From the NCBI GenBank assembly GCA_021810345.1, contig JAJZIX010000003.1, forward strand, positions 1,111 to 65,110: a stretch of DNA of 64,000 nt, written 5' to 3'. The notes under the pieces were generated by a model. That model was not told the DNA's origin. It saw only the letters and a list, made by a program, of their open reading frames with translations, and ran no database searches. This document shows positions 39,680-50,895 of this stretch, one piece after another. The translations under genes were made by a program, and so were the position numbers. How positions within the stretch are numbered: the first letter of the stretch is position 1; the number at the start of each line of letters is the position of its first letter. The stretch is from Nanobdellota archaeon. Its GTDB lineage: Archaea > Nanobdellota > Nanobdellia > Parvarchaeales > Parvarchaeaceae.

Positions 39680-39992
39680 GAAGATGGCTGCCGTTGCCAG
39701 CCGCGACACGGTTCTCGGGCTAAAGCTTGCTGGAGTCGGCACTACGGTTATTGCAGAAGGCAAGGAAGCCGTAGATGAGGTAATGAAGCTCGCAAAATCA
39801 AAGAAATTCAATCTGATAATAGCCGAGGAGAGCATAACAAAATATGCAAACCAGTCGGAGCTCATTCTCATAAACACATCGACCGATCCACTGATAGTAC
39901 TGATACCATCGGCAGGTGAAGAGGAGGGAGAATCAATTGAAGTGCTTGCAAAAAGGATATTGGGGGTTGATATAAGCAAATTCGGGCTGTGA
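39669..39992 (+). CDS. atpF: A-type ATP synthase subunit F
   Basis: 107 aa. VLGLKLAGVG...LIIAEE pattern of subunit F. Confidence 0.75.
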   Translation: MESRKMAAVASRDTVLGLKLAGVGTTVIAEGKEAVDEVMKLAKSKKFNLIIAEESITKYANQSELILINTSTDPLIVLIPSAGEEEGESIEVLAKRILGVDISKFGL

Positions 39993-39993
39993 T

Positions 39994-41754
39994 ATGGGAG
40001 GCAGGATAGTAAGTGTGTCTGGTTCGGTCATAATCGCGGACGACTTGGAGAACGCGAAGATGAATGACATTATACTCGTTGGAGATAATGGCCTTATCGG
40101 CGAGATAATAAAGATGGACGGCAGCAGGGCTATAGCACAGGTCTATGAGGATACGAGCGGGTTAAGACTAGGAGAGAAAGTAATCAATACTGGTAATCCG
40201 CTCTCCGTTGAACTTGCGCCGGGTTTGATAGGCTCGATATTCGACGGAGTCCAAAGGCCATTGGACCTTATAATGAAAAAGGAGGGGGTTTTCATAAAAA
40301 GCGGCATCAAGATGAACGCAATAGACCGCACCAAAAAATGGCATTTCAAGCCCAAAGCAAACGCTGATGATGATGTAGAGGCTGGTCAAGAGATAGGCGA
40401 AGTAAAGGAGAGCAGCCTTGTAAAGCATAAGATACTTGTACCACCGGGATCCAAAGGCAAAATCAAAAAAATAGCAGATGAAGGAGATTATACGGTTGAG
40501 GATGTGATAGCTGTTTTGGAAGATAACGGCAAAAAAACTGAGATAAAGATGCTCACAAAGTGGCCAGTCAGGGTAAGCAGGCCCGTAAAGGAAAAGCTGC
40601 CACCAATGATACCGCTGCTGACAGGGCAGAGGGTAATCGACACTTTCTTCCCCGTAGCGATGGGTGGTTCAGCTGCAATCCCCGGACCATTTGGAGCGGG
40701 AAAAACAGTCATCTCGCATCAGCTTGCGAAATGGTCTGACGCTGATATTATAGTCTATTGCGGGGCAGGTGAAAGAGGAAATGAAATGACGGAGATACTC
40801 ACGACTTTTCCCGAGCTAAAGGATCAAAAAAGCGGAAAGCCGCTTATGGACAGAACGGTTCTGATAGCAAACACATCAAACATGCCAGTAGCGGCCAGGG
40901 AAGCAAGCGTGTACACTGCGGTGACTATAGCTGAATATTACAGAGACATGGGGTACAATGTTGCGCTAATGGCGGACAGTACGTCTAGATGGGCTGAAGC
41001 GCTAAGGGAGATATCCGGTCGCCTTGAGGAAATGCCTGGTGAGGAGGGGTATCCTGCCTATCTCGCAAGAAGGATAGGTGAGTTCTATGAAAGAGCAGGG
41101 ATGGTGAAGCTGCCGGGCGGCAAGACAGGGTCGGTCACGGTGATAGGGGCGGTTTCGCCGGCAGGCGGAGATATATCCGAGCCCGTTTCACAGAGCACCC
41201 TTAGAGTTGTCAGGGTTTTTTGGGCGCTGGATGCAGCTCTAGCGAATGCAAGGCACTTCCCGTCAATAAACTGGCTAAATAGCTACTCATTGTATACTGA
41301 CAATCTGGACCAGTGGTACAGAAAAAACATAGATAACGACTGGCCAGACTTGAGGGAGAAGATGATGTCGCTCCTACAAAAAGAGGCCGAGATAAATGAG
41401 ATAGCGCAGCTCGTCGGATACGACGCACTCCCAGAAAAGGACAAACTTGTGTTAGACGTGGCTAAGATAATTAGGGAGGATTACCTGCAGCAGAATGCTT
41501 TTGATGATATAGATACTTACTCCTCAACAAACAAAGAGCATATCATGCTTGAGATAATACAGCTATTATACTCCACAGAGGAAAAAATGATGGACCAGGG
41601 AGTTACCCTTGACAAGATAGATAATAAAGACATAAAGCAGCTGATAGCCAGGATAAGGTACACAAAGGAAGACGAAGTAAGCTCCCTCTCCAAGGACATA
41701 GAAAATAAAATCGCCAGAATTGGCAAAAAAGGTGCATTACATGGTAAAAGTTGA
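39994..41754 (+). CDS. atpA: A-type ATP synthase catalytic subunit A (no intein)
   Basis: 586 aa. Walker [10 protein letters not shown] and GERGNEMTE motifs. Uninterrupted canonical length. Confidence 0.95.
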   Translation: MGGRIVSVSGSVIIADDLENAKMNDIILVGDNGLIGEIIKMDGSRAIAQVYEDTSGLRLGEKVINTGNPLSVELAPGLIGSIFDGVQRPLDLIMKKEGVFIKSGIKMNAIDRTKKWHFKPKANADDDVEAGQEIGEVKESSLVKHKILVPPGSKGKIKKIADEGDYTVEDVIAVLEDNGKKTEIKMLTKWPVRVSRPVKEKLPPMIPLLTGQRVIDTFFPVAMGGSAAIPGPFGAGKTVISHQLAKWSDADIIVYCGAGERGNEMTEILTTFPELKDQKSGKPLMDRTVLIANTSNMPVAAREASVYTAVTIAEYYRDMGYNVALMADSTSRWAEALREISGRLEEMPGEEGYPAYLARRIGEFYERAGMVKLPGGKTGSVTVIGAVSPAGGDISEPVSQSTLRVVRVFWALDAALANARHFPSINWLNSYSLYTDNLDQWYRKNIDNDWPDLREKMMSLLQKEAEINEIAQLVGYDALPEKDKLVLDVAKIIREDYLQQNAFDDIDTYSSTNKEHIMLEIIQLLYSTEEKMMDQGVTLDKIDNKDIKQLIARIRYTKEDEVSSLSKDIENKIARIGKKGALHGKS

Positions 41755-43117
41755 ATACAAAACCGTGCAGACAGTGACCAACGTGCTACTTTTCCTTAAT
41801 GGGGTTAAGGAAGCCTCTTATGGGGAGCTTGCGGAAATAGAGCTGGACGATGGCAGAAGGCTCAACGGGCAGGTGCTTTCTACGAATGAAGAAGTCACGG
41901 TACTACAGGTGTTTGGAGAGACTTCTGGCATGGACACAAAGAACACAAAAGTCAAATTTAGTGGCACTACATTCAAGTTCCCGGTAAGCGATGAGATCGT
42001 AGGGAGGGTATTCGATGGGATGGGCAGGCCAAGGGATGATGGTGCACCAGTATATAGCGACGACAAAAGGGACATAAACGGCAGCCCTATAAACCCATAC
42101 GCAAGGGAGGAACCCTCCGAATTCATACAAACTGGTATATCTGCAATAGACGGTATGAACACACTTGTGAGGGGGCAAAAGCTACCTATATTCTCCGGCT
42201 CTGGACTTGCGCACAACAAGCTTGCGGCGCAGATAGTCGAGCAATCAAAAGTCCTATCAAAGAAGGAGAATTTCTACATAGTTTTCGGAGGGATAGGCAT
42301 AAACAGTGAGGACGCAAACTTCTTCATGGGCCAGTTCAAAAACAGTGGTGCAATGGATAGATCTGTCGTATTTCTAAATCTTGCTGCCGAGCCGTCGATG
42401 GAAAGAATAATACTGCCAAGGCTTGCGCTCACAGCGGCCGAGTATCTTGCATTCGATAAAGGGGCGCATGTCATTGTTATCCTGCTTGATATGACGAACT
42501 ACTGTGAGGCTTTAAGGGAGATCTCTGCCGCACGTGACGAAGTCCCTGGGAGAAGAGGATACCCTGGTTACATGTACAGCGACCTGGCCAGTATATTCGA
42601 GAGGGCCGGTAAGATCAAGGGTAAAGTGGGCTCAATTACACAGATACCGGTTCTGACCATGCCAAGCGACGATATAACACATCCAATACCTGACCTGACC
42701 GGATATATAACTGAAGGGCAAATAGTCATAAGCAGGTCGCTTGACAAAGTAGGGATTTACCCTTCAATTGACGTGCTTGTCTCGCTCTCAAGGCTTATGA
42801 ACCAAGGGATAGGAAAAGACCAGACCAGGGAGGACCATAAAAGCCTGTCCGACCAGCTTTATGCCGCTTATGCACAGGGAAAGCAAGTAAGGAGCCTGAT
42901 AGAGATAGTGGGTGAAGACGCGTTGAGTGATTCCGACAAGAAGTACCTTAAATTCGCGGATGAATTTGAAAGGAGATTCATAAACCAGGACTTCTCCGAA
43001 AACAGAAAAATAAACGAAACGCTCGACATCGGATGGGATCTGCTGAGCATACTAGACAAATCCGAAATGAAGAGGATAAAACCAGAGTTGATAGAGAAGT
43101 ACGGCAAATGGAAATAA
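41720..43117 (+). CDS. atpB: A-type ATP synthase subunit B
   Basis: 465 aa regulatory subunit. The true start may be the internal Met at 41741 (MVKVEYKT). Confidence 0.95.
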   Translation: MAKKVHYMVKVEYKTVQTVTNVLLFLNGVKEASYGELAEIELDDGRRLNGQVLSTNEEVTVLQVFGETSGMDTKNTKVKFSGTTFKFPVSDEIVGRVFDGMGRPRDDGAPVYSDDKRDINGSPINPYAREEPSEFIQTGISAIDGMNTLVRGQKLPIFSGSGLAHNKLAAQIVEQSKVLSKKENFYIVFGGIGINSEDANFFMGQFKNSGAMDRSVVFLNLAAEPSMERIILPRLALTAAEYLAFDKGAHVIVILLDMTNYCEALREISAARDEVPGRRGYPGYMYSDLASIFERAGKIKGKVGSITQIPVLTMPSDDITHPIPDLTGYITEGQIVISRSLDKVGIYPSIDVLVSLSRLMNQGIGKDQTREDHKSLSDQLYAAYAQGKQVRSLIEIVGEDALSDSDKKYLKFADEFERRFINQDFSENRKINETLDIGWDLLSILDKSEMKRIKPELIEKYGKWK

Positions 43118-43722
43118 ACATTAGAGTTACCAGAAGGGAGCTGATACAGACAAAAAGCAGGATAAAGACAGCAAAGCGAGGACTGGAGCTGCTTAAGTTG
43201 AAAAGATCTTCGCTGATACTGGAATTCTTCAACTTAGTGAGAAAAACGGAAAAGATAAAAAGCGGCCTCAAAGACCTGCTTATAAGGGGGGCAGAAGCCA
43301 TAAAGGTTGCAGATGCTGTCAGCGGCCGCATAACCGTAGAGCGAATAGCGGAGGAACAGGGCGAAAAGACTGCAGTTGTAAGCGGAAAGAACGTTATGGG
43401 GTTAATTATCCCCAATGTGGAAATTGATACAAGCAAGTCCTCCCCTTCTGAAACAGAAATCCTTACGATACCAACATCGGTTTACGACGCTAAAAATATC
43501 TACTCCAAGCTGCTAACGGCAATCTTGGAGGTATCAGAGAGGGAGATGGTAATAAGAAAGGTTTTAAAGGAGATCTACAAGCTCAACCGCAGGACCAACG
43601 CCCTCGAGAATTATATAATTCCTGCCTGGGAATCAAAGGTCAAGTACATAAAGCAGAGCCTTGACGATATGGAGAGAGATAGACTGATCTCCATAAAATT
43701 CATAAAGAATCTCATTTCATAA
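43108..43722 (+). CDS. atpD: A-type ATP synthase subunit D
   Basis: Start refined to [20 protein letters not shown]. Long coiled-coil central stalk. Confidence 0.8.
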   Translation: MEINIRVTRRELIQTKSRIKTAKRGLELLKLKRSSLILEFFNLVRKTEKIKSGLKDLLIRGAEAIKVADAVSGRITVERIAEEQGEKTAVVSGKNVMGLIIPNVEIDTSKSSPSETEILTIPTSVYDAKNIYSKLLTAILEVSEREMVIRKVLKEIYKLNRRTNALENYIIPAWESKVKYIKQSLDDMERDRLISIKFIKNLIS

Positions 43723-43723
43723 T

Positions 43724-44041
43724 ATGGCGCAGCTAGACAATCTTCAGAAGATAAAGAGGGCAGAGGAAGAGTCCAATGAAAGGATAGAGCTTGCTAACAA
43801 AAAAGGCGAGGAAATGCTTAAAGAGGCGCAGGCGAAATCACTCCAGATAGTTGCGAAAGCAAGGCAGCAGGCAAGTGCCCTAAGGGAAAGCGCGCTAAAG
43901 GATCTGGATGCCTCCACAAAAAAACTAGAAGACAAGCTGCTGGATGAAGCTCGCTCCAAGGCCGCACGAATAAAGCCATTAGACAAAAAAGATCTTCTGG
44001 TTATATTTGAAAGTGTCCTAAAGGAGGAATTCAAGATATGA
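43724..44041 (+). CDS. atpH: A-type ATP synthase peripheral-stalk subunit H (or G-like)
   Basis: 105 aa, fully coiled-coil, located between D and I. Confidence 0.55.
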   Translation: MAQLDNLQKIKRAEEESNERIELANKKGEEMLKEAQAKSLQIVAKARQQASALRESALKDLDASTKKLEDKLLDEARSKAARIKPLDKKDLLVIFESVLKEEFKI

Positions 44042-45981
44042 TGCTGATGCCCAGCAAGATGGTCAGGATCAGGTTCACGATACCAAAAGCCTGCTATGAT
44101 GAGACCGTGACATTCCTGGGGGAATCTTCTATCATGCAGCTGGAGGAGCTTCCAGACAAAGTAAAAGAGATGTTTTTGGATTATAATGTAGATGATTATG
44201 AAAAAATAAATTCCTACCTGCAGCGCATGCGCAGCCTAAGATCAATTCTGCCTGCCGCAAAAAGCGGCACTGTGCAGGAATTTAAGAGCAATAGACAGGC
44301 ATTCAGGTCAGCAGATAGCATAAAGATAGATGAAACCGTCGCCAAGATAAAGAAGGAGCAGGAAGAGATACTATCAGAGATAAAGGATGCACGCTCGGAG
44401 CTAGAAATTATAAGGACTGTATCAGACTTGAGAGGAAACCTTAATGTACTAAATACATCTTACACGGACTCCTTCATTGCGACTGGCAGTAGATTCGATG
44501 ATTTCGCAAGCTACATAAAGGGGAAGACTGACGCAGACACAATAAAGCTATCAAAATGCGGGATCGTGACGGTGCCAAAAGCAAGTGAAGGCCAGCTTGC
44601 CGGCGCAGCAAGCGCCTACGGCATAAGCTTGAACAAACTACCTGTTTTCCACGGAGATGCTGCATCAGAATCGACCAGGATAAAAAAGAGGATAAAGCAT
44701 TTGGAGATCTCAAACAGAAATGCACAGAAAAGGCTGGCATCCATATCAAAGGAATATTATAACAAAATATCTGCGCTTGAGGAATATCTCGATATAGAGG
44801 CACAGAAAGCCTCGCTAGTCACCAGAGTAAAGGGCAGTGAGTACCTTGTGATCTTAGAAGGCTGGATGGAGCAAAAAAACCTGGACAGGGTCAAAGAAAG
44901 GCTAAATAAGATTTCCAAGGGCGCATTTCTCGCCGAAGAGATTGAGAACGCTGGACTAGCACCGACTCAGATGCAGAACCCAGTCACTTTTAAGCTGTAT
45001 GAGTTCTTCATAAAGTTCTACTCACTTCCAAAAAGCAATGAGATAGATCCTACCATCCTTTTTGGTATAGCTTTCCCGATATTCTTCGGCTTCATGGTTG
45101 GAGACTTTGGTTACGGCGCGATAATGCTTGGACTGGCTCTGTGGCTTGTACACAGAATAAACCATCCGCCAAAAAGAAGCAGGATTCCTAGAAGCATAAG
45201 CCGGTTCATAAGAACTATAATGAGCAAGAGAAGCCTGCTGATGATCGCCAAAGTTATAATACCGGGATCAATAATAGCAATGTTCTTGGGTGTGATATTC
45301 AACAAATACTTGGGCTTTTCACTGCCTTATCCTACATTGTTCAACCTGACAGAGAACGTTGGAACGCTACTACTCATCTCCGGATGGATCGGAGTCGGTA
45401 TGGTTTCATTCGGTTTTTTCCTTGGAGCACTCAACAAGCTTTACGTCAAAGATATAAAAGGTATGATCGGGCGAATAGGCTGGATACTTGCGGCTTGGGG
45501 CATAGTTATACTGGGCCTGGCTGTGCTAAACAAAGAGAGCATTGGCCCCTCAAACATCTCTGCGTTGGCAAGCTATGCGCTGCTGATAGTTGGCATCGGC
45601 CTGATTCTAAAATCAGAAGGTGGCCAGGCGCTGATGGAGGTGCCTTCTGTCGTCAGTCATATGCTGTCGTACACTAGGCTTGTCGGGATACTGCTGGCAT
45701 CGGTGATATTAGCACAGGTTATAAACCTGATATTTGTGTCCAGCCTTAGCAGTTCAATTTTCGTGATATTCGCTGGGGTAGCTATACTGGTATTGGGCCA
45801 GATTTTCAATATAGTAATAGCACTGTTCGAAGCTGGGATACAAGGGGCAAGGCTGATATATGTAGAATTTTTCTCAAAGTTCCTGAGCGGAAATGGGAAC
45901 CAGTTCAACCCGTTCAGGATCAAGCGTCACGCCTTCCAGCAGGAAAATTCATCAAAGGCAGCACCAACCACGCCGAAATAA
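44038..45981 (+). CDS. atpI: A-type ATP synthase subunit I (a-subunit homologue)
   Basis: 647 aa with an N-terminal soluble coiled-coil half and a C-terminal polytopic membrane half. Confidence 0.9.
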   Translation: MMLMPSKMVRIRFTIPKACYDETVTFLGESSIMQLEELPDKVKEMFLDYNVDDYEKINSYLQRMRSLRSILPAAKSGTVQEFKSNRQAFRSADSIKIDETVAKIKKEQEEILSEIKDARSELEIIRTVSDLRGNLNVLNTSYTDSFIATGSRFDDFASYIKGKTDADTIKLSKCGIVTVPKASEGQLAGAASAYGISLNKLPVFHGDAASESTRIKKRIKHLEISNRNAQKRLASISKEYYNKISALEEYLDIEAQKASLVTRVKGSEYLVILEGWMEQKNLDRVKERLNKISKGAFLAEEIENAGLAPTQMQNPVTFKLYEFFIKFYSLPKSNEIDPTILFGIAFPIFFGFMVGDFGYGAIMLGLALWLVHRINHPPKRSRIPRSISRFIRTIMSKRSLLMIAKVIIPGSIIAMFLGVIFNKYLGFSLPYPTLFNLTENVGTLLLISGWIGVGMVSFGFFLGALNKLYVKDIKGMIGRIGWILAAWGIVILGLAVLNKESIGPSNISALASYALLIVGIGLILKSEGGQALMEVPSVVSHMLSYTRLVGILLASVILAQVINLIFVSSLSSSIFVIFAGVAILVLGQIFNIVIALFEAGIQGARLIYVEFFSKFLSGNGNQFNPFRIKRHAFQQENSSKAAPTTPK

Positions 45982-46012
45982 TATATAAATCCGCAGCCAG
46001 AGTACATAAAAT

Positions 46013-47740
46013 ATGAGATTCTACGAGCTAAGCGAGTATTTCTCAAAGCTTGAGAGTACCACAAAAAGACTGGAGATGTTCGATATACTATCGGAGGCTT
46101 TCTCCAAGTCAAGCGGCGATGAAATCGCAAAGGTTGTCTATTTAATGGAGGGGGAGCTTCTCCCTGCGTTCTTTGGGGTGCAATTCGGAGTAGCCGACAA
46201 AATGGTAGAGAAAGCAATAGCCGAAGCCTACGGCCCAGATACCAAAAAAGTAGAATCTGAGTACAAAAAGTTGGGGGATCTCGGTAAGGTCGCAGAGAAT
46301 GAGAACAAAAACGGCAGCGGCTCTAGTCTTACAGTATCAGAGGTGTACAATGAACTGTTTTCAATAACAAAAATATCTGGTGAAGGCAGTGTGGAAGCGA
46401 AGATAACTGCCTTGTCAAATATCTTCAAAAAAGCATCCAAGCTTGAGTCTAGGTACATAGCGAGATTTGTCCTTGGGAGATTAAGACTCGGAGTCGGCGA
46501 GGCAACAATAATGGAGGCACTTTCAAAGGCGAAGACGGGCAAACGCGAATTTAAGAAGGAACTCGAGAAAGCATTCAATTTCTGCTCTGATTTGGGATAC
46601 GTGGCAGAGGTTTTCTACAAAAACGGTGAGGAAAGCATAAAAAGATTTAAAGTCCAGGTAATGAGGCCTATCCGACCGGCCCTTGCAGAAAGGCTCAGCT
46701 CTGCAAAGGAAATAATAGAGAAACTAGGCAAATGCGCCCTCGACCAGAAATTCGACGGCTTTAGGGCACAGGTTCATAAAAAAGGAAGCGAAGTGAAAGT
46801 CTTTTCCAGGAACTTAGAGGACATAACAAACTTCATGCCTGAGATAGTAGCAGAAATAAGAAAAATAAAGCATGACAGGATAATATTCGACAGTGAATCA
46901 TTGACGTATGATGAGGATACAAACACGCTTTACCCCTTCCAGATAACCATACAGAGAAAAAGAAAGCACAATGTCCTTGAAACATCGGAGAAATACCCGC
47001 TTAGGCTATTTGTATTCGATATAATGCTTTTGGATGACGAAAGCCTTGTGGACAAGCCATACATAGAGCGTAGGAAGATAATAGAGAAGCTGTTTCCAGA
47101 GGATGCAATAATATCCAGATCGAAGATAATAATAACCGACAGCGAGAAAGAATTTGAAAAATTCTTTGATGATACAGTAAGCAGCGGCCTTGAAGGAGTC
47201 GTGGCTAAAAGACTTGACGGACACTACGCTGCAGGCGCAAGGAACTTCAACTGGATAAAGATCAAAAGATCGTACAAATCAAGACTGAATGATACCATTG
47301 ATCTGGTGATACTAGGCTACTTCAAAGGCAGAGGAGCAAGAGCAGACCTTGGCATTGGAGCTGTTTTGGCGGGAGTATACGACGATAAAGACGACAGCTT
47401 TAAGACAATCTCTAAAGTGGGTTCAGGCTTTTCAGAAGAACAGTTCAGATCTCTAAAGAAAATGCTTGATGATATAAAGGTAGACCATAAGCCTGCCCGG
47501 GTGGATTCAATAATGGTGCCAGATATCTGGGCCGAGCCTAAGTATGTTATAACCGTGAAAGCGGATGAGATAACTCGTAGCCCTATGCACACCGCCGGAA
47601 TGGAAAATGAAGTCGGGTACGCTTTGAGGTTCCCACGTGCCGTTTCATTTATAAGGGAAGACAAGAACGCGAACGATGCCAACACGGTAAAAGAAATAGA
47701 AGAGATGTTCAAGGAACAGAAGAATCTAAAAGTAAGCTAA
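46013..47740 (+). CDS. lig: ATP-dependent DNA ligase
   Basis: 575 aa with adenylation motif I KFDGFRAQVHK and OB and DNA-binding domains. Confidence 0.95.
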   Translation: MRFYELSEYFSKLESTTKRLEMFDILSEAFSKSSGDEIAKVVYLMEGELLPAFFGVQFGVADKMVEKAIAEAYGPDTKKVESEYKKLGDLGKVAENENKNGSGSSLTVSEVYNELFSITKISGEGSVEAKITALSNIFKKASKLESRYIARFVLGRLRLGVGEATIMEALSKAKTGKREFKKELEKAFNFCSDLGYVAEVFYKNGEESIKRFKVQVMRPIRPALAERLSSAKEIIEKLGKCALDQKFDGFRAQVHKKGSEVKVFSRNLEDITNFMPEIVAEIRKIKHDRIIFDSESLTYDEDTNTLYPFQITIQRKRKHNVLETSEKYPLRLFVFDIMLLDDESLVDKPYIERRKIIEKLFPEDAIISRSKIIITDSEKEFEKFFDDTVSSGLEGVVAKRLDGHYAAGARNFNWIKIKRSYKSRLNDTIDLVILGYFKGRGARADLGIGAVLAGVYDDKDDSFKTISKVGSGFSEEQFRSLKKMLDDIKVDHKPARVDSIMVPDIWAEPKYVITVKADEITRSPMHTAGMENEVGYALRFPRAVSFIREDKNANDANTVKEIEEMFKEQKNLKVS

Positions 47741-47760
47741 GTAGATTAAAAACCATCAGA

Positions 47761-48945
47761 TTATTTGTAGTTGCTGGTGAAGAAGGCCCCATCATCAACT
47801 AAATTAAACCCATGGCCACTGTAATCTTTCAAAGTCCCATTAAGTGGCCAAAATGCAACCAATCCATTCGAAATAAGCGGGCCGCCGGTTATACCTTCAT
47901 TATAAATACTCATTAATTCCGGGGCAGATAGGGAAGAGTTATAAAGCTGCAAGTCAGTCAGATCTCCTATTAATCCAAAATCGGAGCAGTAGAAGGAGGC
48001 GCCAACTACTATGTATCCATTACTAGATCTTGAATTACCAGAGTCACCAACAACTGACTGAGTCGATCCTAGCTGAAAAAGACCATAAGTACTATTTATA
48101 GACGCGGCAAAGAAGTACCAGCTGTTATTGAAAACGTTTACGGAGAAAGAATTTGAGTGTATATCATTATAACAAGTATGTATTACTTCTTGCGGTGACG
48201 GTGGAGTAAATATGAACGCAGCATAACGACCATAGAGACCAAAGGAAAATAGCCCATCCGCCATCCATTGACCTGTATCCCCCGGTCCATTCTCTTTTGG
48301 CATCTTGACCCAGCCAGTTATTGTAAATGTGAAGTTATTTACGTTTGCTAAACCAGTAGAAGCCGGCAGAGTATAAGACATGTAGCTATTGTCGTTAGAT
48401 GCTGATGCTGAGATATTATATGGAGCTGCAAAGCTAGCAACAAATGGTTGTAATATTGTAGAAGTAGTAGTCCCTGCTACTGTTCCAGTGGATTGATAAG
48501 GCCCAGAGAAAACCTGGCCGGGCTCTGTGTAGTTTACCGTCACGGCCAGAGAATAGCGCGAGCCCGCTGCCGGACAGACGTTTGGAACTGAGAATATATA
48601 ACTCGAAGTAGGCTGGATTATCGGATTTGGGTCCACGGTTGAATTTGGCTTGAATGTGGATATTTGACCGGTGGAGGATTTTGCTGTGACGCTGGTGATA
48701 TTTATTAGGTAACCCGTCGAGTCACCTAAACTTATCCTCAATACCCCGTTGGCTGTGCACTCTCCCGTTACACTGCCTAAATTGGAGAAACCGGTTACTG
48801 TTGAGGACAATGAGGATGCCGGAGAAAATATCCCTAGACTGTACAATACACCTGCGACTATCACAATGACCAGTATAGCCCAGCCATACGTCATCATGTA
48901 CTCTAATGCTGATTGCGACTTTATTGACATACCTGACCTCTTCAA
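47761..48945 (-). CDS. class III signal peptide protein with a LamG-like jelly-roll domain
   Basis: N-terminus MKRSGMSIKS|QSALEYMMTYGWAILVIVIVAGV shows the QxxxE class-III signature followed by a hydrophobic helix. FTFTITGWVK, WYFFAASINS and FYCSDFGLIGDLTDLQLYNSSLSAPELMSIY match the LamG_3 core. It ends with a second LamG-start motif. Confidence 0.7.
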   Translation of the reverse strand: MKRSGMSIKSQSALEYMMTYGWAILVIVIVAGVLYSLGIFSPASSLSSTVTGFSNLGSVTGECTANGVLRISLGDSTGYLINITSVTAKSSTGQISTFKPNSTVDPNPIIQPTSSYIFSVPNVCPAAGSRYSLAVTVNYTEPGQVFSGPYQSTGTVAGTTTSTILQPFVASFAAPYNISASASNDNSYMSYTLPASTGLANVNNFTFTITGWVKMPKENGPGDTGQWMADGLFSFGLYGRYAAFIFTPPSPQEVIHTCYNDIHSNSFSVNVFNNSWYFFAASINSTYGLFQLGSTQSVVGDSGNSRSSNGYIVVGASFYCSDFGLIGDLTDLQLYNSSLSAPELMSIYNEGITGGPLISNGLVAFWPLNGTLKDYSGHGFNLVDDGAFFTSNYK

Positions 48946-49001
48946 TTGGGTTATTACAATTATACAGATTTATTCTATTTAAGACTAATAGCGGAGTCTA
49001 C

Positions 49002-50054
49002 TCATTTTATTATGGGATTAGGTATCTCCTGCTCGGGGTTGGCATTTATGAACAGTATGCTGCTTACACCCGATGTAAGCTCAAGGGAAGTAAACGAGCC
49101 ACCATAAATAGCAAGAAGCGGATCCTGGTTTGAGTTTGAAATTGGGAAAGTCGAACCGCCACAGATTATAGGGGCGCACATTATGCTACCGTTCTTTATG
49201 TATCCACTTTTCACTGCAGGGACGATGTTTTTGCACTGCTGTGATAGTATTGAAAGGCCCGATGAAACGCTTGATATCGGATCGGCCGAAAAGTTAATCT
49301 GGTATTCAACCGCCACACCATTTACGGAAATAACCTGTACGGTTACATTGGAGACGTTAGCCTCACAAGGCGATGTTATGCTACTAGAATGGAACTGCGG
49401 GGTTATTGAATAAGCCCTCTCACAGTTAGCCAGGCCATTGAAATAAACGTTCACTTCGGAGGATGAATTCGCATATTGTATTAAGGAGAAAGTGTACTGT
49501 GTAACGTTTATAGGGGTGGCAGACACCAGTACAAGACTAAGGCTGCCGGATGAGGTATTGGCTTCTATCGCTGGAACTGCCAGCTTATTGATTGGAGAAG
49601 ACGCAGAGAGCTCTGCTGTCGGAGGATTATTCGGGCCCAAGACAAAGTAAGATACACCTGATATTTTCTGAGAGTAATAGTATTGATTGCCTGAGGAGAT
49701 CCCAAGACCAGATGGATTGCTGACTGTGGCGTAACAGAGGTCATAGTTATTTTCCAGGTTTGTACTCACAGGCGTGCTATTTGAGAAAATTGATGGGTTT
49801 GCAGACAAAACCTGATTACACGACGGAGAATCGTAAATTTGGAAAATAAGTGCTGTGGGAGTGTTGAAATTGATGTTTGACATTGTCTGCGGCGCAGTAC
49901 ATGCGCTTTGGGCGGACGAAGTGAATGAGTTATAGAAATCTGCAGACGTTTTCACTGATATGAAAGGAAGCAGCACATATATTATAACCACTATGAGTAT
50001 TATGGCTATCATTACAACCATCCCTATCATCTCGAGCGTATAAGTTACTCCCAT
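49002..50054 (-). CDS. secreted S/T-rich protein with an N-terminal hydrophobic anchor (about 350 aa)
   Basis: ATG at 50054 is 1 nt after the upstream stop (TGAtATG). The ORF track begins at a TTG at 50063. N-terminus MGVTYTLEMIGMVVMIAIILIVVIIYVLL. Confidence 0.6.
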   Translation of the reverse strand: MGVTYTLEMIGMVVMIAIILIVVIIYVLLPFISVKTSADFYNSFTSSAQSACTAPQTMSNINFNTPTALIFQIYDSPSCNQVLSANPSIFSNSTPVSTNLENNYDLCYATVSNPSGLGISSGNQYYYSQKISGVSYFVLGPNNPPTAELSASSPINKLAVPAIEANTSSGSLSLVLVSATPINVTQYTFSLIQYANSSSEVNVYFNGLANCERAYSITPQFHSSSITSPCEANVSNVTVQVISVNGVAVEYQINFSADPISSVSSGLSILSQQCKNIVPAVKSGYIKNGSIMCAPIICGGSTFPISNSNQDPLLAIYGGSFTSLELTSGVSSILFINANPEQEIPNPIIK

Positions 50055-50055
50055 A

Positions 50056-50874
50056 TCAACCAATCGAGAAGCTACACACTATCGACGCGCCACCGTGATA
50101 GACGCAGCTTTGGTATGAAATTTGGCCTGGATTGCCGTATAGGAAGGCCATTGGGTTGGAATAGCATCCATTCGTTGTGCCTGCGCATGAGGGACCGCTA
50201 ACGCTTATGAAATAGGTGCTGTTACCGCTGGCTATAGGGACGCACTGCAAGCTAGTAATGTACGCGGATGGAGTAGACGTGCCATAAGCTGTTACTGCGT
50301 TGAAAAACTCATCACATGACTGGCCCAGTGTTGTGGCGATATCTGCTGGGTTTTCATAATAAGACAGTGTTCCAGCTGATCCATTTATTCCTGCCGCAAG
50401 ATCTGAGGACGGCGAGTTAAGCTGTGCAAAGTTTGTAAACCAGTATGGAAACGAAGCGCCGCCCGGAGTGGAAGGCAGGTAATTCCAGACTGAATCCTGC
50501 TTTATCGCGGAGGGATTATAACTGCCTGAGCACAGAAAGTACTCTCCAGCGAGAGAATTCGGGTTCTGCGGCAGGCTAAGCACGGTTATTCTCGAAAGCT
50601 GATCAAGATAGCTTATGCACTGGCTATTGCCGTAAAATTGCGCCATGAACTGGTCATTCGACAGCGATGGTGAAGCCGGCGCAACCACAAGCGACGACCC
50701 GCTCTTGATTGCCAGACTGACCTGCTCAACGTAGGCGGAAAGGCTCTGCGCTACAGCCTTTACTGAGTGCACACCATATATGAAGATATAAGCTACTATT
50801 ATGACGACAGGAATCAACACAATTATTGTTATGATTATGCCCAGCAAGGCGGTCACGCCTTTCCTGTTTACCAT
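50056..50874 (-). CDS. pilin-like secreted protein (272 aa) with a class III-type signal
   Basis: MVNRKG|VTALLGIIITIIVLIPVVIIVAYIF. Cys-rich and S/T-rich mature region. Confidence 0.65.
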   Translation of the reverse strand: MVNRKGVTALLGIIITIIVLIPVVIIVAYIFIYGVHSVKAVAQSLSAYVEQVSLAIKSGSSLVVAPASPSLSNDQFMAQFYGNSQCISYLDQLSRITVLSLPQNPNSLAGEYFLCSGSYNPSAIKQDSVWNYLPSTPGGASFPYWFTNFAQLNSPSSDLAAGINGSAGTLSYYENPADIATTLGQSCDEFFNAVTAYGTSTPSAYITSLQCVPIASGNSTYFISVSGPSCAGTTNGCYSNPMAFLYGNPGQISYQSCVYHGGASIVCSFSIG

Positions 50875-50895
50875 TATCTTATATAGAAAATGGGC

